From Antedon mediterranea (lineage: Eukaryota; Animalia; Echinodermata): DNA of 64,000 nucleotides. The position numbers and the translations under genes are program-made. Of this stretch, positions 12,601 to 24,600 are shown one piece after another; positions within the stretch are counted from its first letter, which is position 1; each line of letters begins with the position of its first letter. The DNA is taken from assembly GCF_964355755.1 (NCBI RefSeq), contig NC_092678.1, positions 4,418,422 through 4,482,421 on the forward strand. The letters run 5' to 3'. The notes under the pieces are model-generated. The model was not told the DNA's origin. It did no database searches and worked only from the letters and a program-made list of their open reading frames with translations.

Positions 12601-15600
12601 ACAATAACCTATCTTAGCCTATTTTACAAGTACAGTTTTGTTTATTTCTTTACTTGAAGTTGGTTCTATGATAAAATCAAAAGAGCTTTCGTCAATAAAT
12701 AAACATATTTTTGTGTGATGATGGAAAAATGCTTAGACTAATTCCTCCCATGACGATGAGCTCTAGTTGGAGAATAGCTTCACTTCCAAATGTCAATCAA
12801 GAAAACTGCTTGGAAGTACAGTATTTGATATCTCTATTGTTATTTAATAGTTGTGTTAATTAATAGGTGAACCATAGCTAATGTAGATCATTGAACAACG
12901 TGTTACATTTCTCTAAAATTGAAGACCTTGTAATGAAATATGTCCGAGAAGACTTGCTCTACCAAAAGAACCATAGTCGAGGAGACACTCGAACAGGGTT
13001 TGCAGCGCCCCTGCCTTATTGCTCAGCAACTCGAATCAACTGTTATATGTTTATGTTAAATAATTTTTACCTTAAATATTTTATTTTAGGTACTGAAGTA
13101 TTAAATCATATTAAATTCACTGACGAATTAGATTCCACTTTTGAAGAAAACTACCGTGAAGATCCGACGTTAACGTGGCAGTATTTTGGTAGTAAAACTG
13201 GATTCTTTAGGAACTTTCCAGGTAAATTTAATGAGTTTAGCCCTGGGAATACCCTATTATGAAATGATATGACCCGAATAGTTGTAGCATTTTTTTTTGT
13301 CATACAGCATTTGAAATACAATGTACATATAATGTATAATTTTGTAAATTAGCAAAATCAACATAGTATCTCTAGTATCTTATCTTATTTCCATTCTTCC
13401 ATTCTAATCAATGCAAATGCTGAACTCCAAATTGTCTTTTCTGTCGATTAGCATTATTATTGAATTTGGTATTGATTGTGTTTGTACTAATTATACAGAT
13501 ATTTGAAAGAAACTTATTTATATGTTGATTGACAAAAGCCTTTGTTAAAATTGGATCTCCATATTTTTGTTTCCTTCACCTTTGTAGGATATTTAAATAT
13601 CTACATTTTGTATTGTTTTTGTTTGACGGTCAAATAACTGACAAATGAAATTATATTGTTTGGCTGACCTGCATCATTGGCGATAGTAAATGCTTAATAA
13701 ATTTAACTGAAAAATTAAAATTTGTTGTTATTGAATTAATAGGGTATTAGCACACATTTATTTAATTTAATTAAATTCGGACATTTCTTAATACGCCGTT
13801 ATTATTTGTTGAAGGTATAAAGTGGGATTTAGGCGAAGCTGATTTTGATGAATATGATTGCCGAAAACGACCATGGTAAGTTTGTACAAATATGGTAGTG
13901 ATATGCCCAAATATGGTAGTGATATGCCCAAATATGGTAGTGATATGCACAAATATGGTAGTGATATGCTTAAATATGTTGGTGATATGCCCAAATATGG
14001 TAGTGATATGACATCATATAAATATATACAAATTAAATAAAGCACACTTCAAATTATCTTAAAATATGTAATATGTGTACCTGTCTTTCTAATTGTCTTT
14101 TTAATGAAAATTGTACTCCTTGATGAAGATATTGACATTGTCTTCTCACCAAGGATTACAAATGGGAACTATTGAATCATTAATGCCAATACACAAATTA
14201 CTATTGAAATTTTATGCAGTTCCACAAGAAGCATATATTTCAAAGGCTTGTAACCGGAGTAATTAGAGGATGTCCTAGTTAGCATATTATATAAGACAGG
14301 CTGTCGATAATGTTAATAATCTTAATCCATGTAGGTATATATCGGCCGCAACGTCACCCAAAGACATTGTTATTTTGATCGATAAAAGCGGCAGTATGCT
14401 TGGAATTCTACTGGAAATTGCGAAGCATACGGCACGTACCATCATCGATACTCTAGGCGATGACGATTTCTTCAATGTGTTAGCTGTAAGTAAACGTGTC
14501 GTCGTTTTCCATTAATAATATGACTTGGTTAGAATTCCCCTTCCTCTATGCCCTCTCTCTCTTCTTTTAACATATACAGTTAAACTCCTATCAAGGGGCC
14601 ACATTTGGGAAACAACATTTCCTTAAATATGAGTGTACTCAGGTTGTCTACCTTGGCATTCTTCTACATTAACAAAACACATTTGCATCATTAAATACCT
14701 TGGTTTCGAGACTTCGTGGCCTATACCTGTTTGCCCTCTTTAATCATCTTGGCATCTTCTTTGTATACATACGGGCTGAACTTTAGTTCGTGAGCAGACC
14801 AGTTTATTCTAATCAGCCCAGAGTTAAACGTATTGACTGACTTGGCATTTACAATTTCATTTGGGACCATGTTTCCAATCTCACTCTCACTGGTTGTCTT
14901 TAAAACATATATTTTCCTTGCATTCCATTCGTTTTAATGGAAAGTGTCCCTTAATTTGGGTTTCCCATGAATACAGGTGTCCCAAAGTTGTACTCTGTTG
15001 ACAGGACCAAACTCGTTTCTTGAATGGATCATTCTTCTCACAAGAATTACCATAAAGTTGAAACTTATAAGAAGGGCATATACTATAATGGCTAGTTACA
15101 AGATTGTCTTCTACAGCATTGGTCTTTGTGTGTTTTCTTTTAGTTTAATGACACAACAAGTTATACTGAGCCGTGTTTTGAAAATGAAGGAATGTTGGTA
15201 CAAGCAAATGCAGACAACAGAAAGGTAACTATCTTATTATTTTGCTTGGTTTTTATAATTTAAAGAGTGTTTCTATAAGTAAAGGGCAGTGGACTTTTTT
15301 GACAAATTTTAATGCCTGTTTTTCCTCTGGACACATAAGATCCGGGGCCCCTGGGTTTAGCCAGTGAGCGCTCATAGCGTTACACCACTGGTAAAGGGAT
15401 TTGTTGCATGATATTTAAGATTTAAGAATAAGAAGATAACATTTTTTTTACTTGTTTTTCTTAACAGATACTGAAGGATAGTCTTGATAATTTAAAAGCT
15501 GGCGGACTGGCTGAATTTGGAATTGGATTAAAGGATGCATTTGAACTGTTAGACAAGGTATTGCATTTTATTTAAATAATAATAATAATATTGATAATAT

Positions 15601-18600
15601 AAAGTAAATTCTGAAAAAAGTGAAGTAATTGTGATTCTATATTTCAAACTTTATTTATTCATCTTTGGGAATAATAATAATGACATTGATTTAGAATGGC
15701 AATATGTTGTTGATTGATTTTTTTATTTAATATTACACATTAAATTGTTAGTTTCATATTATAATTAGCAACTTTTTAGATTTCAACAACGCAGCTATAG
15801 TCATGCGCAGAATGAATTTTCAACTTGATCTGCGTACTGTCACATGGTGGGTCTGTATTCTCAAAGTTTGACACCCATATTTTGCCCAATATTATCCAAG
15901 AAATTATTATTTTCAGAATTCCTTAATTTAAATAAAGAATGTTTATACAGTGCTTGTTTAAATTGCATTTGATTTAGTACAAAGAAACGACCATTGAAAG
16001 CGAGTGTAACCAAGCTATCATAGTGATCACAGATGGTGCTAGTAAAAGACATGAGGAGATATTTGAACAATATAATGAGGATGAGAGAGTTCGTGTGTTC
16101 ACGTATCTTATGGGACGTGAAGTTGGAGGCGCTGAAGCAATCAAGTGGATGGCGTGTAATAACAAAGGTAAATACTAGATTTTATTGTTGAGTGGCTGAG
16201 CGGTCTAGACAGGAACACGCAATTCATAGCCATCAATCGGAACAGCATCAAAGACCTCCTCGACTATGATTCTTGTGGTAGAAAAAGTCTTAATAGCTTA
16301 AGGAGGTCCAGTGTACAAATCGGTATTGTGTGTACTTGAAAGAACTTCTTTCAAAAGAGTAGGGGCTTATCCCCATTGTACTGGTCCATCTCGGCTCCTG
16401 TTACGTTTACAGACGAATGTGGACAAATCTAAGATGTATAATAATATATCTATATGCAGCAATTTGAATTTATACAAATATTTTCCTAAAATACTTCAGA
16501 TTTTATTATAGTCCCTATAAAAATTGTAAAAATAAATCCCTAACAATTCTTGCATTTTTATGTGGATATTATATTGCACATATTGAATTAAATCAAATAT
16601 AGTTAATATGTATGCAAAATCTCAAGTTACTTTATTGCTGTTATTGTTGCAAAATTTCAATAATAATTTTTTTATTTCGTCTAGGTTATTATACGCAAAT
16701 AGCCACTATTGCTGATGTAGACGAGAATGTCTCGGTGAGTTCTAATGAATGTATTAATATTTCATATCCAGGTACTGTTTGTTTACATGAAACTTGCATC
16801 ACAACCAGTGTTTTCTGTTAATTTGTTATCTTTCAAAACAAATATACGCTTCAAAATATAGATTTACATGTGGTCACAGAAAGTGATAAAAATATATAGA
16901 ATGAGGGACCTGGGAAAACCAAAAGAGCCTAGAGAGGGAGAATGATATTGCATCTGATAAAGCTCTGTCTACACTATCAAACTAGTTTGACAAAAAAAGT
17001 TTGATGTGTCTAAATAATAGTAGGTCAAAAGTTCGGTTGAAATATTTCGTCAAACTAGCGATGCTCGGAATGGAAGAAGGCAATCTAAATGTCTAAATAA
17101 TGGTAGTGATATGACATCATCATGTCCATATATGGGCACATCATATTTTTTGTCATCAAGGTTGATAGTGTAGACAGACCTTAAGGAATCGGAAACATGT
17201 GATAGACCTTTGTTTAAAACCTTTCTATGGCATATTGCTTGCATACTTATGCAAGATGATTTAATCTCATTGCCCCATCCTTTGAATGGGATGTAAAGCT
17301 GTTGGTTAACATGTGTACCATAATAAAAAACTATTTGAAAGGAGTACAGCAATGTCTGCAGGTTTACTGATAGTCAAAGCCGCTGTCCGTACAGGCCATT
17401 ATTAAAATATTTCTTATAATTCTACTCTAATAATTGTGTTATTGTGTTCTTTGCAGAAATACATTCACGTTCTTAGTCGGCCAATGGTAATTAAGCAGAT
17501 ATACAACACCATTTGGACGAATGTATATATGGATGATGCAGCAAGTGATGAGGTAGATCTTTAAATTGTGATCTCACTCCAATTAATGACCCCTCCAATT
17601 ATTGACCCCAATTAAGGACACCTTCAATTTAAGACTCCCAATTTAGAACACTCTTTCTGAGAACCTACTACTGATCCATTTATATTTTATTTGAGAACTT
17701 CTTTATGCCCACAAGAGAAGTTTAATAAAACTGATAGAGATACTATAATTGTGCTAAACAGACCATGACTCGTACAAGATTTGTACCCAGGACTATGAAT
17801 TTCAAAGACAAGTTTCTCTCTTCTGAACGTTATCCTTGAAGTTATCACATTATATAGAATAGGAAATTCTTTCACAACCATCGCATCATATTCACCAATT
17901 GTTCAATATTTAATTTGTCACATGTCTAGCCACCAGGGTATTGATGCATTAAAAGAAATCCAGTCTATATGCTAATGAATTCAACAATATTACTACAGCT
18001 CTAAATGCTTGATTTATATTGTGATTTTATTATTTTGAAATAAGGGCTTAGCTTTGATGACAACTGTTGCCCAGCCTGTGTTTGACAAGAAGAACGATAC
18101 AGTAAGTATTTCTTTGTTTCTCTGTATACACAATCTATCAACACATACAAAACATTTGTTGCTTTAACACATCTACTGCCCTTAAATAAATAAATCCCTG
18201 CTTTCATTTCTATTCTGTACTGTATTCCGGTTTTGGTTTCAACTCAACTCTGTAAGCTCTGTCTACAATATCAAATTTTATGGGAGAAAAAATGTGATGT
18301 GCCCATATATGGACACAATGACATCATATCACTAGCATATTTGGGCACATCACACTTTGTCAAATGATAGCGTAGACAGAGCTTAATATATGGATATAGT
18401 AGTATAATTTCAAAATGAACATGTTGTCATTTTGTTTCAGGCGGAGAAAGGTATTTTGCTGGGGGTTGTTGGTGTAGATGTACCGATTGTGGAAATTCTC
18501 AAATTAACACCAGTGTACAAGGTAATATTTTCTATTTAAAGTTAAAATTTTATTTTACCCTGAAGGTCCAGAATGACTCATGCTTTTTCTTCCTTTTGTT

Positions 18601-21600
18601 TACACACAAAAATACACAACGTTCGCTATTTGTGATCAAAGCCAGCTATAAGTACTTTACATTATTACTCCGGTTATTTTTTAAATCAAACACGTATAGA
18701 GACACTCCCATATTGTGTATTGACCTTACCAGGTACCCATTTATACACATGGGTGGAGATAACGTAAGTAAAGTGTACAAGCAATATGCAACGAGTGTTC
18801 AGTAGTCCAACACACTGTGCAAACGCCCTCACATGTAAATGAGTGTAAAGTTGTAGATGAATGAATGTTCAGCACCAAGATTGTTCCATTTTAGATTTTT
18901 TGTTCAAAATTTTCGATATTCAGTCTTGGGTAAAGGCAGAGCAACTTATATGTGTATCGTTTTAACATTTGAAACGTACACACACATGGACACATTCATG
19001 TCATTATCCGCGGACAAAGTAGTTACTAAAACATTCTCTTCATTTACACTAGCTCGGTGCTCGCGGTTACCCGTTTGCCATCACCAACAATGGTTATATT
19101 TTATTCCATCCTGACCTACGACCTAAATGGGGAGATGAAATCAAACCGAACTACAATAGTGTCGACTTAGCAGAGGTTGAATTATCTGATGCCAATGATA
19201 CGGTAGGTTGTCTTAATTATTAAAATAATCACCAAATTTTATTTTTTTATTGTTTTTCAGATCTAAGGCACATGTTTTATTTAATTTACCGTACTTGTTT
19301 TAAAATGTTGACACAAATTCTATGTATGAAGAGCAATGGCTCATAACACATGAGTCTTTCCAAAGACACAAAAGCTCAATGAAGAGCATAAGATTTGAAC
19401 CACAAAGTCACAAGCAAGAGGCTGAAACACTGTCAGATGACTTGAAGACCACTAATTTGAAAGCTCCTGTATTTGTTTATATTCAGTGTTAAACAGTCAA
19501 CTCTCCCAAATACCTGACAAAATGTGCTTTTAATGTTAAAGATTTTTGGGAACTTTTGAAACTTAAGAAAAGTTCTGTTTTAGGAGAATTTTCGGGGAGT
19601 TGGGTATTGGGAGAGTTGGCAATTTAGTGTGAAATGATTTCATCTGATTGGATCAGATATTGTTTAAATAATCAGCACGATGAGAGCTGATTGGTTCAAT
19701 GATATCAATCTGTTGTGTTCATTTTTGTTTGCACTCTATTTCTCCAATCATTAGGTTCTACAAGAATACGTGGCAGACTATAACATGGAGGTGATAATAA
19801 CTAGCATTTCAATAACGCCATTGCTTATATATTCTCCATATTTCTATCAAATCTCACTTTTTAATACTTAATATATCCATGTGTGTTCTTGTGTATCAAA
19901 TTGTTTGTTTTGTTCTATTTAAATGTAAATCAAGAATTTTTCTATTTAATATTTAAAAGAATTAATGCCCTCCTTATTCCCAAATAAAACTTGTTGTAAC
20001 TGATTTCGGCAAACTGCTGTGTGTACATAATGCATGTACAATATTATTAAAAGATAGTATTTGTACATGCATGTAGACGTTCTTATCATCGGGGTCACTG
20101 ATGATGTTTCCACAATTTAAAAAAATTTCTTTCAATTTATTTATCAAACAATTAATAAATATTCGACAAATTCTTGGTTTTTAAATGTTTGTGTCTATTC
20201 AGCTCAAACTAGTATATATGTTCAAGTTTGAACATTAGAAATTTTAAAGTTTTAGGTTGAGGTTGGAGAAAGAATGGTTGCATGGCTCAAGTTTCTTCTT
20301 TGTAAAAGAATTTATCTTTAAAAAAACTTAACATTTAGTGTTTATAAACTTATCAGAAGGGTTTTTGGTTTCCATCAAATTATTTTATTTTTGCATGAAC
20401 TATTAAAATGGCTGAGTTATTGTAGCTAATATCATTCAAGATAGGTTGTGCATGTGAGATGCCAATTGCATTATATTACTAAGGCTGCAAATGTGTCTAT
20501 ATAAGTTTCATTATCATGCTTTTCAGCACCTGTGTTTAGTTTTAAGGTTTTATTTAACGTGAAATCTTGCGTTTCTTCAAAATCACAACATTATGTTCAT
20601 TTTTGTTTTCTTGCAGTTTTTAGGATTTTATTTTTTTTTCTTTCTTTGTGTTAAATTTGTTTTGGATTCGTGCTACAAGCAAAATATTTTTTTTTGGTAT
20701 GAATTTATAGTACTTGCATATAATTTATGATTATTCTCATTTCATTTCTCATTTAAATTATATTAATTATTTTTATTCCTTTTGAATATGTATATTATTA
20801 CACAAAGTATTTTTATTCATTTCATTTATATAGACTACTTTCATTCTCATAATTTGCAATGTGAATTTGCGCATGGCATGCTACATAGCTTACTACATAT
20901 TAAATATTGATTTAATGTGATATTATTATAAGATGAAATAATAAGTTTGGTTAGTATTATTGAAAACAGAATGTACAGGATGATTTGTTAAGTCCAGACT
21001 GACGCGTCGATGACAACTTTTATTTCAATCTTTTTTATGTATACAAACTCCAAAATATTATTATTCAAACTTTAAAAAAAATAAAATATTATTTCTATTA
21101 GGCTAGTTAAAGTAAAATAGGAAAACAAAATACATATTAACACATCTGGTTGTTGGCAGAATTATTCTTGATTTTAACCAAAACAAATGTATGGTTGTTT
21201 GTGTTATTAAGACAATATTGTGATTATATAGACATAAACATATGGTAAACTAATATATCATAATATTGTTGTACAGTTTGTTCATACCATATGGTACAGC
21301 AGCCTATGAAGTAAACAATATTATTTCATCCTAATTATCTCTCCTTTTCAAAGCAATTGTTTGGTTAGTGTTTAAAAAAGACTGGAGAAATTAATTATTT
21401 CCTAATGTATTTTAGAAATTAGTCAGTTGTATGTCTTTAATACCCCTTAGGTTGCTAGCCTTGCCATGAACTATATGCTATGCCCAATGTGGCGCTTTAT
21501 CTAGCAATCTTTGCACTCTCGTGGTGTTTCAAAGTAGCACCAATGTTTGTACTCACAATCATAAGTTGCGCTTTATGTAACACTAAAAAGATTGTTCTTG

Positions 21601-24600
21601 CGCTCCCATGTGGCGCTTTATGTATCACTACAAATGATAATTTTGCATTCCCATGTGGCGCTTTAGGCAGCACTAAAAAAGATACTATTGCACTCCCATG
21701 TGGCGCTTTAGGCAGCACTAAAAAAGATACTATTGCACTCCAATGTGGCGCTTTAGGCAGCACTAAAAAAGATACTATTGCACTCCCATGTGGCGCTTTA
21801 GGCAGCACTAAAAAAGATACTATTGCACTCCCATGTGACGCTTTAGGCAGCATTAAAAAAGATACTATTGCACTCCCATGTGACACTTTAGGCAGCACCA
21901 CAAATGATAATATTGCACTCCCATGTTTCACTTTAGGCAGCATTAAAAAAATGATAATATTGGACTCCTGTGTAGCACTTTAAATTATACTACAAATAAT
22001 AGTATTGCTATTGATGATAATATTGTACTCTTGATGTGATGTGATTTAGGCAACACTACAATGGTGTTACAGCCTAGCATACTATGTACTTTAGCTAGTA
22101 CAGCTTCTAGTATGCCTACTTACAATGTGGCATTAGACACAGTACATACAGTAGCCATGGTTTCAGAAAGTCTTGTTTTCCATTCTCATTAGTTTATCAT
22201 TTAAACTAAACAGTGTGCAAAGTTTTGCACATATGCATATTTTGAGTAACCGTCTGTTTCCCAAAGGGATAATTATTTTAATAAATTCTATTAAATGTCT
22301 AGTTTTGAAGAATTTAGCAGTTCTGTATGGATGACTTTATTTCTTGACATGCAAGTCACACTTTCTTGTAATTGAATAGGTTGCTAGAATTTCTATCGTT
22401 TGTGATAAGAAATTATTAGTTATGTTGGGAAAAGTTATAATACAAATTTTATTAAATAAAAAAACAATGTAATTTGTTTTATGTATGTATTCTGCTATGA
22501 ATATTAACAATTAATAATCACAAATGACCTTGGGAGTAACATTGTTACTACTGTAAGTTGTTTTGTTTCATAATAATTTAAACTTTCAATACTTGTAATT
22601 TAGCAGTGAAAATTAATTATTAAAATCAGTACTTATTTCAACTGTATTTATATAGGATAATTCTACCGACTGAACATATTTAACATACTGTATAATACAA
22701 AGTGCATACTTAAGATCATAATAATGTGTATGGTACAATTCAGCTTCATTCAATGTTCACCTAATAGCATCTCAATAAGAACAATTATGGTAATATTGCT
22801 GTTTTTATCAATTCTTTGTGATGGCTGTCCTTAAAACAGAACTACCTGAATAATGGGAAATGCATTTCAGAATTCAAACTTTCTGGAAATCTTAACTTTT
22901 TGGACCTCCCAATTATGGTTGGTATTCCGAAATTCTTGCAAAACGCAGTTGTTAAGTTATGTTTTGTTTGTTTTAAAGATGCGGAATGCAATGATTAACA
23001 CATTGACGGGTGAAACGAAAATAGAATCTGTAATGCATACATCTAATTTGGTAAGTTTTCAATGTTTTTCATGACACCTCCACTCCCCAAGCTAGGAATG
23101 ATACTTAAGTGTCGGATGGCACTGCTCCTCTGTCTTAGGTAACCCAGGTTTTTTTCCAGATAAATTTTACTATACATCTATTCAGAAAGTAGGCCTACAC
23201 ACCTATTTTGTGACAGTGACTTCTGCTGTTTGAACTTTCCTGATGATGATATACATGATGATGATAAACATGTTGATGATGTTTATGATGATGACACATG
23301 ATGATGATGATGTTTATGATATACATGATGATGTTTATGATGATGACACATGATGATGATGATGTTTATGATATACATGATGATGTTTATGATGATGACC
23401 TACATAATGATGATGTTCATGATATACATGATGATGTTTATGATGATGATATACATGATGATGATGTTCATGATATACATGATGATGTTTATGATGATGA
23501 TATACATGATGATGATGTTCATGATATACATGATGATGTTTATGATGATGATATACATGATGATGATATTGATGATGATGATATACATGATGATGTTTAT
23601 GATGATGATATACATGATGATGATATACATGATGATGATGTTTATGATATACACGATGATGTTTATGATGATGATATACATGATGATGATATTGATGATG
23701 ATATACATAATGATGATGATATACATGATGATCATAATATACATGATGATGATGATATTGATAATATACATGATGATGATGATAATATACATGATGATGA
23801 TATATGGGATGATGATGATGATGATGATGATGATAATGATGATATACATAATGATGTTTATGATGATGACATACATGATGATGATGTTCATGATATACAT
23901 AATGATGTTTATGATGATGACATACATGATGATGATGTTGATGATATACATGTTGATGAGGTTTATGATGATGATATACATGATGATGATGAAAGACATG
24001 ATGATGATGATGATGATATACGTGATCAAGATGTTGATGATGATGATATACATGATGATGATGAAAGACATAATGATGATGATATACGTGATCAAGATGT
24101 TGATGATGATGATATACATGATGATGATATACGTGATGAAGATGATGATGATGTATGTGATGATGATGTTGATATACATGATGATGATATTCTTTGGACT
24201 AATAAATAAAAGTTAGTATTATTATTATACAATTGTTTTAACAGACCCGTATATCAGTGAGAAATAATTCCTACTTCTACACCTTTCTTGATGAAACACC
24301 TTTTAGGTAAGTACTTCTTATTGAACTTTAAAAATTATACAGAATACCTTCCATCTATTAACATTATATAGATTATCTTCCATCTAAACATTGTATGAAA
24401 AATCTTCCATCTAAACATTGCATGGAAAATCTTCCATCTAAACATTGTATGAAAAATCTTCCATCTAAACATTGCATGGAAAATCTTCCATCTAAACATT
24501 TTATGGAATATCTTCCATCTAAACATTGTATGGAAAATCTTCCATCTAAACATTGTATGGAAAATCTTTCATCTAAACATTGTATGGAAAATCTTCCATC

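Noticed and set aside
21480-21983. 167-aa and 148-aa ORFs with 15-aa repeats
   Set aside because: Products of the 45-bp minisatellite, open on both strands, with no splice support.
23298-24216. Long poly-Asp, poly-Met and poly-Ile ORFs (259-303 aa)
   Set aside because: Artefacts of a (GAT)n compound microsatellite in an alpha2delta intron; the flanking exons join in frame without it.
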